This document shows positions 23,213 through 36,990 of a DNA stretch of 64,000 bases, piece after piece (position 1 is the first letter of the stretch; every line of letters starts with the position of its first letter). The position numbers and the translations under genes were made by a program. The stretch spans positions 1,488,001-1,552,000 of the forward strand of contig AP026126.1 of NCBI GenBank assembly GCA_030295235.1, read 5' to 3'. Below the pieces are notes generated by a model, which saw only the letters and a list, made by a program, of their open reading frames with translations, was not told where the DNA came from and did no database searches. This DNA comes from Fistulifera solaris (lineage: Eukaryota).

Positions 23213-26200
23213 TTACTTCGAAGCACGACTTTTTTTCTGGAATAGGCGAAAGAAGAGATGAATAATCTGATAAACGGGAAATGCACCTAAGCCAAGGACC
23301 ATGGACACTATCCAGTATTTCAGTTCTAGACCATCATCAGCAACCTTGAAAGCAATGGATCCAAACTCGACAATAAGGGCCTGTAGCACAGCTGTTGTGA
23401 TCCAGATTCCGTAGAAGAGCGGATTGTTAAACAAGCCAGAGAATACGTTGACTAAAGTCGAATAATGGGTGAGAAACAGAAGAGAGAAATATTGACAGTT
23501 TCATCTGGCAGTCGAAAAGCACTTACATTCCCCTTTCAGATTACGGCAGTTGATCTCATTGAAAAGTTGCATCCAAACAAAGGAGTTGAAAATGAGCGTG
23601 TAATGGACCGAGTTGATGTCGTCTTCATAAAGGATGTGGCCAGCTTCCATACCATCAAAAATGTCCGGCCCCTTGAACAACAAAACCATCACAACAATAA
23701 CCTGGTAAGCAGCTTGACCAAGCATGTTGGCAAGCATGTGGTTTGTTATCATGCTATCAGTACGATTGACCGGAGGCTTTTGAAGAAGGGATTCCAAAGG
23801 AGGCTCAGATGCAAGAGCTAAACTGGCCAAGGAATCCATCAGCAAGTTGACCCACAACAACTGAATGGCGGCCAACGGACTGATCTGGTAAGTAAACGCT
23901 CCAACAAGGGCAGTGATGACGGCGGCGATATTCACAGTAAGCTGGAACTGCAAAAACTTCTGAATTGAAGCGTAAACGTTACGCCCCCATTTGGCTGCAG
24001 TGACGATCGACGCAAAATTGTCGTCAATGAGGATAATGTCAGCGGCATCCTTCGCGATCTGAGTACCGGCAATACCCATGGCAAAACCAATGTCCGCACG
24101 TTTCAAAGCAGGCGCGTCGTTGGTTCCGTCTCCCGTCATAGCAACGACCTGACGATCGGGGAAGATGCGGATTCCATCTTCCGCCAGAAGACGCTTGCAA
24201 ACCTCCTTATCGGCAAACAGGTTTGATTGGTTCAAACCGTGCGCCAGCGTAAGCTTGTCGTCTGGAGAACTGCGGGCCAGAACACGAAGATGCGGCCAGA
24301 TCTTGTCAAACTCGGCCTGGTCAAACTCCGATGTGCCGTCCTTTGAAACCCGATAGACCTTGCTTCGGAAGTCCTTTCCTTCCATCAAAATGTTCTCTTT
24401 CAGGTTGTCGGCAACACGTTCCGTCGTTCCCTCCATGAAATGGAAGTCGCGGAGAATTCCGGCCTGGTACGCGATGCTCACGGCCGTGTTCGGACTGTCA
24501 CCTGTAACCAGACGGACGTCAATACCGGCGGTGTAGCACTTCTCAATGGCTCCAGGAACTTCGGGACGCAAAGGATCTTCAATACCGACGAGGGCAAGGA
24601 GTGTTAGCTCTGTCTCCCCCTCAAAGGCGGGAGAACCATCCGAGTTCGTGAGAGTTGCACTTGGAGCATCGAGGTCGAATCCTGTCGGCAAGTCACGGTA
24701 AGCCAGAGCCAAGCACCTCATACCGCGGCGTGCATAACCCAAAGCCACATCTTGCATGATCTGGGAATCTGCTGTCGACATGTCAGAATCTTCTCCCTGT
24801 GTTCCGACAAACTTTGTGCATCGAGCCAAAATGACTTCGGCGGCACCTTTGCTGTACAAGCGATAACGGCCTCCCCTCCAAAGGCACGGCCCAGCTCATC
24901 ATTTTACGAGCAGAAGAGAAGCCGTATTGTTTTCCCTGAGACAAGAATTCTCCAAGTTTGCCCTTATCTGATCGTCCCTTTGTGGTGTCGCGAATATTTT
25001 CAACGCTCTGTCCAAGCTCATGGACTACGTGAAGAAGCGCCAACTCTGTGGGGTTACCAGATGAGCTCAATTCTTTCCCATTATTGTCAAAGTAAAGAAC
25101 TGTCTCGTTCATTGAGTTAATGGAAATGCACTGACAGATCAAATCGAGGACTGGCTTGCCAAGTCCGCCTTGATGCGACATGACGTAGCTACCAAGAGTG
25201 ACGGCAGGATCGTCGACGGCGTAGTTCACTTTTCCGGAATAAAGCGCACGGGCTGTCATCTTGTTTGCCGTCAGAGTACCTTTTACGATATATTAGTGAG
25301 CTCAAATAAGAAACATGATCAAAAGATATATATTTGCGGTGTTGAGCGTGATCTCGTACCTGTCTTATCCGTGCAAATCGTGGTAGCGCATCCCATAGTC
25401 TCGCAAGCTTCAAGATGCTTCACAAGGTTTTGTTCGCTCATCATTTTATTAGAACTAAAGGCAAGAGAGAGCGTCACGGCAAGAGGTAGACCCTCTGGAA
25501 CTGCCACAGCCAACACAGTGATGGCAGTAACAAGATAATCCACAAGATTGCTCACACTATCCCCTTCAACACCCAGTCCAATAATACAGCTGACAATGAA
25601 AGCAATAGAAGCTGCGAACGTTCCACCAAGACCAATTTTCTTTGCTATGTCATCCAACTTGACATAAAGTGGCGAGTTCTCGCCCTCTCCGCCGAGTTCA
25701 TCCTCGTGGTCACCAGTTTCGTAAACACGGGCTTTGATCTTTCCAGAAACAGAGTTCACACCAACGGCAATAACCACCATCTTGCCAGATCCTTGAGCAG
25801 CGTTGGTGCCGCTCAGGATGACATCACCAGGTTGCTTGCTGATCAAGTGCGATTCTCCCGTCAAGCTGCTCTCGTTCATCTTCAAGTCGCTCGCAGGGCC
25901 AAGCAGGACGCAATCCGCGGGAATCGACGCCAAGTTGTGACTGTTCACCGATAGAATATCACCGACGACAATGTCATCGTCCGTGACCGAAATCTGCTTC
26001 CCATCACGAATGACAGACTTGGTATTGCTCTCATGCAAGCTCTTCGAGAGACGGATGAAAGCAAACTGCTTGGCGTAGTCGATACCCGCAGTGACCAAAA
26101 TTACAATGCACACCGAAAAGAGAATGGCAGCACCTTCGATCCAGCAGGTGTTGCAGGGTCCTTCGTGCGTTGTGGCTTCAACGACAATACTAATGGTACC

Positions 26201-26830
26201 GAGCACCATCAACATGCATAGAACAAAATCGTGCGATGCCTCCCAGCACAACTGCAAAAAGCTTGTAAGCTTCTTCTCGGACAAAGCGTTTGTTCCGAAT
26301 ACTTCACGTCGGATCTCGACTTCACGGGGGTCGATACCGGACTCGGGGCTAGAGCGAAGCAGAACGGAAGTCAAAACATTCGCCGCCATATCCATCTCTT
26401 TATGTCCTCCGGCCTCGTCATCATGTCCTTCTCCCTTTTCTCCAAGCTGACGAATCTTCGCAACCAGCTGTTCGACGTCGCGAAGAAGCTTTTGTTGTGG
26501 AGACACTTTCTCAGGGTCTTCGTAGCTTGCTTTAGTGTCCTTGCCGTCATCTCCAGCGTACGTCTTCACTCCCTTTTCGAGGAGTTTCGCCAAAGCTTCA
26601 GGTGTTCTATCGTTGCTGAGGATGCCCAACTCGGAAGCCGTGACAGGATAAGGAGCTGTGATGTCGCCAAGCTGTGTTCCGATAGAAGATGCGATCGATG
26701 CTTCGACTGCGGCTTCTAGACCTCCAAAACGAGACCCCGGGTCCCTGTTCCCGGTGCTTCGCAAACTACCCGTCACTTCGGCTTCATCCTTTGCGGCGGT
26801 CTCCGTAGCGCTACGATTATCGTTTTCCAT
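23213..26830 (-). CDS. P2B-type Ca2+-ATPase, copy 1
   Basis: TGES, PEGLPLA, DKTGT (split by intron 25359-25280), KGA, TGDGTNDAPAL; second intron 23526-23452; one extra C at ~24875. Confidence 0.95.
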
Positions 26831-27932
26831 TGTCTTGGCTTTGCTCTAACGGTCTTATGGTAACCTTACAGATTTTCTCTGTTCGTCCGAGCCGCACCAA
26901 TGAATGAAAAAAGGTTTTTAATTGCTTTGTAGGCTTGAGTAATTCCCAACGAAGTCTTTCACACTCCATCCATTTCGTTTTCCGGATCGAAAGGATGACT
27001 TTCCTGGGACTTCTCAAAGACCTCTTAGAGGCTAGTAGCCAATACAGTCATTCCAAAAGGTCCCAGCTTTTGGAAAGTCAACGGACAATGTGACGTCGGA
27101 CTTGATGTGAAAGTGTATTGATGAAAATAGACATTCCGCTTGACTACTTTTTCTTGAACAGTGAATTCGAATTTCGAAAAATACACTCCGCGCCTCCGAG
27201 CTACGAGCTCCAGGAAAACCTAGTAGCAAGAGAGGAATCTGCTAGATTCACGCCGATTATTACATTCTATTTCATTGCGAAACCAGTTTATTGTAAGAAT
27301 TTATAAAGTCTGGCTTATTTCGAGTTAACGCTCTAGAGAGCGAAGTGCCATTGCACCGTATTTGCCTTGACAGCAAGGCAGCGAGCAGCGAAATCTAGGC
27401 CTACAAGTACCAGCTAATGAAGAGCGACTTCATGGACACGGAGCCGAAACATGAAAAATGTAAGACGATATCTTACCAGGTAGAGTACGTAACTCAGACT
27501 TCTCCATAGTACAGGAGTGATGACTGCAAAGGTGGTTTAGCTAAGTTTTACGGTTTGAAGATCTTGGATGATATACTTGGTGAGTCTTCTTGGTGTTCCT
27601 TTATGTGTAATCTTTGTTGGCTTTTGTGAACCACACTAGCAATCTGGGCCTCCTAACAAATGGTACAGTACGATGTACGATCTATGGTCTCTGCACATTA
27701 GGTCAAGAAGATTATTCGCCATCCTAAAGGCAGCTTGCTTCGTCTTCCACGACACAGTGTGCTTTACACGGATAATTCCAAATGATTCATGGTTGCAGAA
27801 ACTAAAAACAAAGAGTCTTCAACGAATTTTAGATGTACATTGACCTCTTTTAAGGAAATCTTTGAGGCAGAACTTGATTTCATAGAGAACAGATAGGTTT
27901 GATTGCTTGTCGCGTCGAGATATAGGTACAGC

Positions 27933-28493
27933 TCAGTTGTTTGAAGCCGGTGCAACCAATTGATAATGAGTTGTTATCATTCCGCTTGGAAATGTTTTTG
28001 TTTTGACATGCTTCAGCTTTACAGCGTGGTCCAGCTTTCCGAATAAAGATATTCCTTCACCGAGAAGCACAGGAACTCGTGTAACAATCAATTCCTGGAC
28101 CATTCCGGTCCGTAGAAAGCTCTGCACAGTTGTTCCTCCGTCGACGTATACATGAGTCCGCCCCTGAGCTTTTAAGTCATCCATGAGTGCAGTAAGTGGT
28201 TTCGAAGAGCACGAGACTACGTCTTTGCAATAATCAGGAACCTTCACAGCGTCCGGAGTCCTCGTCCAGACAACAAGTGGTGTCTTTCCGTAAGGATACA
28301 TTTCTTCTCCAAAAGATACGACTTTATCGAATGTGTTGCGACCCATTACAATCACATCTATCGAAGCCATAAAGTCAGTAAAGGCTGATCCACTTTCCTC
28401 GTCATCTTGAAAATCGTCAAGGAAATCAACGCCGCCATCACGCGATGCGATGTAGCCATCCACTGTAACAGCAATAAAAACAGATCCTTTCAT
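27933..28493 (-). CDS. Dihydrofolate reductase-like / RibD C-terminal domain protein
   Basis: 186 aa, intronless: FIAVTVDGYIA, MGRNTF, YVDGGTTVQSFL, TRVPVLLGEGISLF. Confidence 0.88.
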   Translation of the reverse strand: MKGSVFIAVTVDGYIASRDGGVDFLDDFQDDEESGSAFTDFMASIDVIVMGRNTFDKVVSFGEEMYPYGKTPLVVWTRTPDAVKVPDYCKDVVSCSSKPLTALMDDLKAQGRTHVYVDGGTTVQSFLRTGMVQELIVTRVPVLLGEGISLFGKLDHAVKLKHVKTKTFPSGMITTHYQLVAPASNN

Positions 28494-29419
28494 CGTTGAA
28501 ATGGTAGCTTGAAGTAAAATCGAATTTTGGGAACGCAAATTGGATCCGAATTGTACGACAAATGAAAGAAATGAGAGGAGGTTGATCATTACCAATCTTG
28601 CCAAGCTTTTCCATGCAAAACAGCGACTATTACAAGCTTGTTGTGCCTGGAAAAGGTCCTATCCCCTGGGGCGCGTTTCTTGTTTCCTTTTTTTCGTGAG
28701 TATTCGAGTCTTTACAACAGCCGCCTGCGTCCGCCCGTAAAGAAAACGCGTGTCGACGGCAAGTTAGCACGTCTAAAAAATTCCAGTCAGTGCGTAAAAT
28801 CCTTTAGATAGGCCTGAAGTTGATTCACCTTATTACCCAGTTCAGGAGTTCGCCTATCATCTTATTGTTTACGTTGTGAAGGCGACGAAGAAGTCATGTC
28901 ATGTCGTGGAAAATGGGGATCTTTGTGGGCGGACGAGCGATGTACAGACTGCGTCGAGTGTTTTTCGTTTTTCGTCCGCACGACGCACGACGCACGCCAC
29001 GATGCACGATGCACCGGGAAATGGGTGTGACTCACACGATCTACAAGTACCCACCTTACTTGTACATGGTTCGTGACAACGATTACACATGCATCTAATG
29101 AAAACTAACTGATATCTACGGTGCAAAAGTTGCTCATGTACAGTCATCTCGTGGAAAGACTTTCGTAGCGGGCGTTTTCCAGGCCTGTCATGTGAATGCC
29201 TTGTGGATGATGATTCGTATGGATCCAATTGCTGCGATCACGGAGCACTCTGTAAAATACCAGCTCCTTTCCAAATGGACGACACCATATTTGGAAAAGC
29301 TGGAGGCTATGTCATATCTGACAAGATAATTGCCAATGAAAACAATATACTGAATAATAGAAAACTACTGCCCTCATGAATACTATTCCGAAGTCAGCAC
29401 GGTTGTTTCACTTCGATTA

Positions 29420-32400
29420 CTAATCCTTGTTGAGGAACATTCCATAAACAATACGGATGATCTGGTACACTGGGAATGCACCTAGTCCGAGAACCATAGA
29501 CACAATCCAATACTTGAGCTCAAGACCCTCATCAGCAACCTTGAACGCAAGTGAACCATACTCAACGATGAGCGCTTGGAGGACAGCTGTTGTGATCCAG
29601 ATACCGTAGAAGAGGGGATTGTTGAACATTCCAGAGAATACATTTACTAAGATCGCGTCGGGTGAGAAACCGAATAAGACTTCAGGTAAAAGACAGACGT
29701 ACAAAAGCACTTACTTTCTCCCTTCAGCACACGGCAATTGATTTCATTGAAAAGTTGCATCCAAACGAAAGAATTGAAGATAAGCGTGTAATGGACTGAG
29801 TTAATGTCGTCTTCATAAAGAATGTGGCCAGCTTCCATACCATCAAAAATGTCCGGCCCCTTGAACAACAAAACCAAGATGACCACGACCTGGTAAGCAG
29901 ACTGGCCGAACATGTTCGCACACATGCGCTTCGTGATCATACTATCAGTGCGGTTGACAGGAGGCCTCTTCAGAAGCGCTTCAATGGGAGGTTCGGAAGC
30001 AAGCGCCAAACTAGCCAACGAATCCATCAGCAAGTTGACCCACAACAACTGAATCGCGGCCAACGGACTGAGCTGATAGGTGAACGCACCCACAAGGGCG
30101 GTACAAACAGCGCTGATGTTCACGGTGAGCTGAAACTGCAAAAACTTTTGAATTGAAGCGTAGATGTTACGCCCCCATTTGGCTGCAGTGACGATCGACG
30201 CAAAATTGTCGTCAATGAGGATAATGTCAGCGGCATCCTTCGCGATCTGAGTACCGGCAATACCCATGGCAAAACCAATGTCCGCACGTTTCAAAGCAGG
30301 CGCGTCGTTGGTTCCGTCTCCCGTCATAGCAACGACCTGACGATCGGGGAAGATGCGGATTCCATCTTCCGCCAGAAGACGCTTGCAAACCTCCTTATCG
30401 GCAAACAAGTTTGATTGGTTCAAACCGTGCGCCAGCGTAAGCTTGTCGTCTGGAGAACTGCGAGCCAGAACACGAAGGTGCGGCCAGATCTTGTCAAACT
30501 CGGCCTGGTCGAACTCCGATGTGCCGTCCTTTGAAACCCGATAGACCTTGCTTCGGAAGTCCTTTCCTTCCATCAAAATGTTCTCTTTCAGGTTGTCGGC
30601 AACACGTTCCGTCGTTCCCTCCATGAAATGGAAGTCGCGGAGAATTCCGGCCTGGTACGCGATGCTCACGGCCGTGTTCGGACTGTCACCTGTAACCAGA
30701 CGGACGTCAATACCGGCGGTGTAGCACTTCTCAATGGCTCCAGGAACTTCGGGACGCAAAGGATCTTCAATACCGACGAGGGCAAGGAGTGTTAGCTCTG
30801 TCTCCCCCCTCAAAGGCGGGAGAACCATCCGAGTTCGTGAGAGTTGCACTTGGAGCATCGAGGTCGAATCCTGTCGGCAAGTCACGGTAAGCCAGAGCCA
30901 AGCACCTCATACCGCGGCGTGCATAACCCAAAGCCACATCTTGCATGATCTGGGAATCTGCTGTCGACATGTCAGAATCTTCTCCCTGTGTTCCGACAAA
31001 CTTTGTGCATCGAGCCAAAATGACTTCGGCGGCACCTTTGCTGTACAAGCGATAACGGCCTCCCTCCAAAGGCACGGCCCAGCTCATCATTTTACGAGCA
31101 GAAGAGAAGCCGTATTGTTTTCCCTGAGACAAGAATTCTCCAAGTTTGCCCTTATCTGATCGCCCCTTTGTGGTGTCACGAATATTTTCAACGCTCTGTC
31201 CTAGCTGATGCACAACATGAAGGAGAGCCAATTCGGTGGGGTTACCAGATGAGCTCTCTTCTTTTCCATTCTTGTCAAAATACAAGACCGTCTCGTTCAT
31301 TGAGTTGATTGAAATGCACTGGCAAAGCAAGTCGATGACTGGCTTGCCAAGACCGCCTTGATGTGTCATGACATAACTGCCAAGGGTGACAGCAGGATCA
31401 TCGACCGAGTAGTTCACTTTTCCGGAATAAAGTGCACGGGCTGTCATCTTGTTTGCCGTAAGAGTACCTGTTACGAATGAGAAGAGAATGTGCATGAGAC
31501 ATGACGTGGCGGGGCACTTTGATTTGTGAGGTGCCGATGCTACTAACCTGTCTTGTCCGTGCAAATTGTGGTAGCGCATCCCATGGTCTCGCATGCTTCG
31601 AGGTGCTTTACAAGATTTTGCTCTTTCATCATCTTGTTCGAACTGTAGGCGAGAGCAAGCGTGACAGCAAGAGGTAGACCCTCCGGAACCGAAACTGCTA
31701 GCACAGTAATCGCAGTCACCAAGTAGTCAACAAGGTTGCTCACACTCTCTCCTTCGATACCAAGCCCAACGATACAGCTGGCAATGAACGCAACGGAAGC
31801 TGCGCATGTACCACAAAGACCGATTCTCTTCGCCAGAGCGTCCAACTTCACGTAGAGTGGGGAGTTCTCGCCCTCTCCACCAAGTTCATCTTGGTTATCT
31901 CCGGTTTCGTAAACGCGAGCTTTGATCTTTCCAGAAACAGAGTTCACACCAACGGCAATAACCACCATCTTGCCGGAGCCTTGAACTGCATTGGTTCCGC
32001 TCAGGATGACATCACCAGGTTGCTTGCTGATCAAGTGCGATTCTCCCGTCAAACTGCTCTCGTTCATCTTCAAGTCGCTCGCAGGGCCAAGCAGGACACA
32101 ATCAGCAGGAATCGAAGCCAAGTTGTGGCTATTCACTGACAGAATGTCACCAACGACGATGTCATCATCAGTAACCGAAATCTGCTTGCCATCGCGAATC
32201 ACAGACTTGGTATTGCTCTCATGCAAGCTCTTCGAGAGACGGATGAAAGCAAACTGCTTGGCGTAGTCGATACCCGCAGTGACCAAAATTACAATGCACA
32301 CCGAAAAGAGAATGGCAGCACCTTCGATCCAGCAGGTGTTGCAGGGTCCTTCGTGCGTTGTGGCTTCAACGACAATACTAATGGTACCGAGCACTATCAA

Positions 32401-32961
32401 CATGACCAGGACGAAATCTTGAGAAGCTTCCCAGCACAACTGTAAGAAACTGGTAAGCTTCTTTTCAGACAAAGCGTTTGTTCCGAATACTTCACGTCGG
32501 ATCTCGACTTCGCGGGGGTCGATACCGGACTCGGGGCTAGAGCGAAGCAGAACGGAAGTCAAAACATTCGCCGCCATATCCATCTCTTTATGTCCTCCGG
32601 CCTCATCTTCATACCCTTCTCCCTTTTCGTCAATGTGACGAATTTTTGCGACTAGCTTTTCGACATCGCGGAGAAGCTTTTGCTGTGGGGAAGGTTTTTC
32701 GGGGTCTCCGTGGTCTCCCGCAAACGTCTTCACTCCCTTTTCAAGGAGTTTCGCCAGAGCTTCAGGTGTTCTATCGTTGCTGAGGATACCCAACTCAGTG
32801 GCCGTGACGGGATAAGGAGCTGTGATGTCTCCGAGATGCTTGCCGATCGAGCTCGCAATTGAAATTTCAACTGCAGCCTCCAATCCACCAAAACGCGATC
32901 CTGCCGCACCGACCGCATTAGTTTGCTCCGAAGAGCTTACTTTTCCGTTTTCAGTTGTCAT
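29420..32961 (-). CDS. P2B-type Ca2+-ATPase, copy 2
   Basis: Same motifs as copy 1; introns 31547-31468 and 29714-29647 at equivalent positions; one extra C at ~30805. Confidence 0.95.
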
Positions 32962-34140
32962 TGATTGCGCTTTGACAGCGAATTTTTGATCAAATGCCGT
33001 CCCTAAAGACTTCGTGACGAATGAATGACGACAAATAAATGGAAGAGACGATTCAATTTGTCACGTCGCGCAAAATCATCGAAGACATCAGAGTGCGAGT
33101 CTGACGTCAGCTGTGATATGACAAGTTCAGGGACCTTAAAAAACTCTGATGTCACTTTATTCTTTCATGTAGGAGACTCCGTTTTCAAAAGTCCCCGCTT
33201 TTCATTGCCTAAAAATTTGACGGGATCCGTTGATCGTTTGTTCTCGCTCGTTCGCCATTTTCTTCGGAAGTTGATAAGCCCTTGGTTTTTCATTCGGTAC
33301 TGATTCACTATCAAACCTCTTCGGAGTGGCACTTTTGATCGTGGAACACTTTGTATTCAATAGTCAATGGAAGTTGAATCAAGACTAAGAGGTCCACTTT
33401 CAGTACTTCATCTGACTGACGCATACGTGGTATCATTCACAATGAACGGATGAACGATGATGAACTGTGCAAAAGGCAAAAAGCAAAAAAAATAATGCTA
33501 AACGTAACTACTAACCCTATAGGAAACTTTTTTTTTGAAATATGAATCGTACCAGGGTATGGTACCCTACCAAAGTTTACCACTGTGGTTCGACTACACA
33601 AATAGATGTCCGTCCGCGAGCTATTGTTCCAACTTGTTGACCCACCAAAAGACGCATTTTTCTCCGTATTTTTGTCGGAAATGTGATGAACATCCCCAAG
33701 TTTCCCTTTTTGTTACCAAGTAAGATCGTAAGCGTAAAGTTGTAAAAACGTCTTAGACTAATTGTAGGTAAAGGGCGAGCAGCAAGGTGTTCAAAAGAGG
33801 AAACCCCAAAGGGAAGAAAAACCTCTCTGGCGTGGCGAGGAAGCCGTGTCGTACCATGACAGATACGACCACAAGTCCCCAGAGCAAAGGTTTTAGCTTT
33901 AGTAAATAGAACGCAGCTTTAGTACATTTACTTTCACACAAGGAATAAATGGGAAAGTCTTCTCATTCATTCCTCATTTAGCACTGTATCCATTCTAAGT
34001 ATCTCCCTAAAAAGAAATCTCCACCACAATGATTCAAACGTTAAGAACTAGAATGTATTAGAGTTAATTGAGTCACAGCGATAGTCAACGGGCGAGCCAC
34101 ACAGAGGTTTAAGAGAAGCAGGCTCCATGAAAGAGGCAAT

Positions 34141-35519
34141 TCACTTTCCGACAACTTTGAACATCATTGTAGCCGCCGAGCCCACCAAAGCACCTGCGGC
34201 CATAAGGAGAACCGGGCTGGGCATCTTTTTCGGAGTTCCGAGCTGTGAGTAGGCTGGTTCATCCACCGTGGGCTCGTAGTGACCGGTGCATCCCAACTTA
34301 TCGCACGAGACCATCACGCGAGCAATCATGGCCTCTTCGGCCTTGCGGATCCAGACACGGGGGTCGTAGTACTTTTTGTTCGGTTTATCCGGGCCGTTGG
34401 GGTTACCAATTTGTCCTTGCAAGAAATCGCGGTTGCTCTTTTCGAATTGGCGCAGACCATCCCAGTATGCCCACTGTGTATCCGTGTCAATGTTCATCTT
34501 GACCACACCATTCTTGACCGCCGTCATGATTTCGTCGTCCGTGCTGCCGGATCCTCCGTGCATGACGAGGAAAATCGGCTTGGGGATGGAAGCATTCAAC
34601 ATCTTCTTGGCATAATCCTGATGTTTTCCGAGGCGCTCGGGACTCAACTTGACATTTCCTGGCTTGTAGACACCGTGCACATTTCCAAAGGCGGCCGCGA
34701 CGGAGAACATGTCGCCGACCTTGGACAAGGCTTCGTAAACGGCCCACACCTGCTCGGGGGACGTGTACAACTTTTCTGGATCAACGTGTTCGTTGTTGAC
34801 ACCATCCTCTTCTCCGCCAGTGATACCGATTTCCATCTCCAACCAGATCTTCATCGGTGCCATGCGCTTGAAGTACTCGACGCAAATGGAGATATTCTCG
34901 TCATCAGGCTCCTCCGAAAGATCGAGCATGTGCGAACCAAACAACGGTTCTCCGTACTTGTTGTAGAAATCTTCGTCGGCCGCGAGCATCCCATCGAACC
35001 AGGGCAACAAGTTCTTGGCACAGTGGTCGGAATGGAGAATGACGGGGATGCCGTAGAACTTGGCGACGGAACGCACGTGCATCGCGAGGGCGACACTGCC
35101 GGCGGCGGCACTGTTGGGATCCTTAATGCCTTTGCCGCACATGAAAGCTCCTCCTCCGTTGGATACTTGAATGATAATCGGAGACTTGGCCTTACGAGCC
35201 GCTTCCATAACAGCGTTGCAAGTGGAAGAACTGATAGAGAGAGATGCAGCAGAAAACGGTCAGTGTTGAGAATGAATATTTGTCACGAATAGTCGTCAAT
35301 AAGAGATGCAAGAGATGTCTCATGCAAGATTTTACTTGTTGCACCGCACAAACTCATCAGCGAATCTTGTTCGGTGCTTTCGTTGAAGTACCATTTCACC
35401 TACCTTGTGCAGTTCACTGCCGGAATGGCGTAACCCTTGCTACGAGCATCTTCAAACAAAGTCAAAACATCATCTCCAGTGATGACACCGGAAGGTACGA
35501 GAGCGTTTAGCATAGACAT
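34141..35519 (-). CDS. FBA: Fructose-bisphosphate aldolase class II (no presequence, C-terminal hydrophobic extension)
   Basis: Intron 35403-35231; AIPAVNCT, HSDHC, HMLDLSEE, GNVHGVYKPG, HGGSG, NIDTD, KKYYDPRVW. Confidence 0.95.
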
Positions 35520-36023
35520 GTTCGTTGGCTGAATCGTTCTAATTCTTCTTTGTTTGCGAAAGAGAAGGAATCAAACGGATGCTCTACCATTTACGGTTGA
35601 TGATTCGGCTTATCTTGTGGCAGCCACACGAACGAGAAAACGAGAACGCAAAGAAAGTCAGTTTTCTCCCTCCTACTCATTGTTTCAGAGTCCGTTGCTC
35701 CACCGCGTATCTTTTTTGGAAAAAGATCCGCCACCGCGATCGTCTTGCGTCACTCGTCATTTTCGTCGCCTATTTTGTTCGGAAACGACCGAAACGGAGC
35801 CAGCTGTTCGTCTTTTGTTACGGAGTACTACGTACCTGGTTCACTTTTTTTATCACTGATACTGATGCCAAGTTCCTCGGCTATTACGTAGCATTCGGCA
35901 CCGGACTGCCGATGACAGGATGACGGCAACAAACAAAAGGTCCTTCCTATCATTATGATTTCATGAGTTCATCGCTCTCTCTCTCTCTCTAGCTCAATCA
36001 TCATCATACTATCCATCCACACC

Positions 36024-36990
36024 ATGCGCCTTCATCACAGAACGTACATAGCGACTGCCGTACTCGGTAGTTGCACTTTCACACTAAGCTTATATTGCGA
36101 CGACACCACCGTTCGCCGGGCGACGCAGAAAAGACACGCATTTACCGGCCTGGCAAGATTTTGTGTACAATGCCCAATCGCTGGCGGGAAATTTGGCTCA
36201 AAACAATATGGAAGAAGGAATGGCGGCCATTCCGGTCATGTACGGGGCGGGATTATTGACGAGCTGTTCTCCTTGTGTGTGGGGCATTTTACCTTTGACC
36301 GTGTCGTATATCAGTACTGCGGCTGGATCACGCGACGATCAAGATACGACTTGGCCCACTGTGGCGTTTGCCGCGGGGTTGGCGGCGGTGTTTTGCACAT
36401 TGGGTGTGGTAGCGGCGCAAGTGGGGGGAGTGTTTGGTTCCGAAGACGGGTTTCCGTGGTTGGCGTTGATATCCAATTCCATTTGTTTACTCATGGGACT
36501 CAAATTACTCGAGTTAATCAATCTACCCGTTCTTAATGTTAAAAGTTGGGGTGTGAAGAAACCAAACAGTGACTCCGTCGTTCTGTTGGACGCGTCGGGA
36601 AAAATACTGACGTCGAAGGAAGAGAAACAAGGTTTATGGCAGACCTTTCTATTGGGAGGCTCCTCCGCATTGGTGGCATCTCCGTGCGCTACACCGGTTT
36701 TATCATCCATCTTGGCGTATGTTGCAGCCGCTCAGAATACTGTCTTGGGTATTTTATTCCTCCTCGCATATACAGCCGGCTACGCGACTCCACTGTTATG
36801 GATCGCTGCTACAGGTGGCCAGGCGTTGGTGAATTTAAAGAAACGAACAGGAACGGGTATACTCGCTTCTCTAGCCCCATGGGTGGGTCCATTGACGGCG
36901 GGTGTCCTACTTTATTATGGAACGACGGGGCTGCTCTTTGCACTGTTTGGGGATCCGTCAGTAATAGCTCTATATCCCGTTCTTGAATAG
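36024..36990 (+). CDS. ccdA: Cytochrome c biogenesis thiol-disulfide transporter CcdA
   Basis: GLLTSCSPCVWGILP and LVASPCATPVL in TM helices; presequence joined by a frameshift near 36150. Confidence 0.88.

Noticed and set aside
23213..32961. Pseudogene call for the Ca-ATPases and other split genes
   Set aside because: Breaks are single homopolymer indels with otherwise intact motifs, best explained as sequencing error.
33101..33110. CTGACGTCAG CRE/bZIP-like palindrome upstream of Ca-ATPase copy 2
   Set aside because: A single short motif cannot be distinguished from chance.
34279..35292. 337-aa antisense ORF
   Set aside because: Shadow of the strongly codon-biased FBA gene.
35975..36006. 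(CT)n and (ATC)n microsatellites before ccdA
   Set aside because: Short, ordinary simple repeats.
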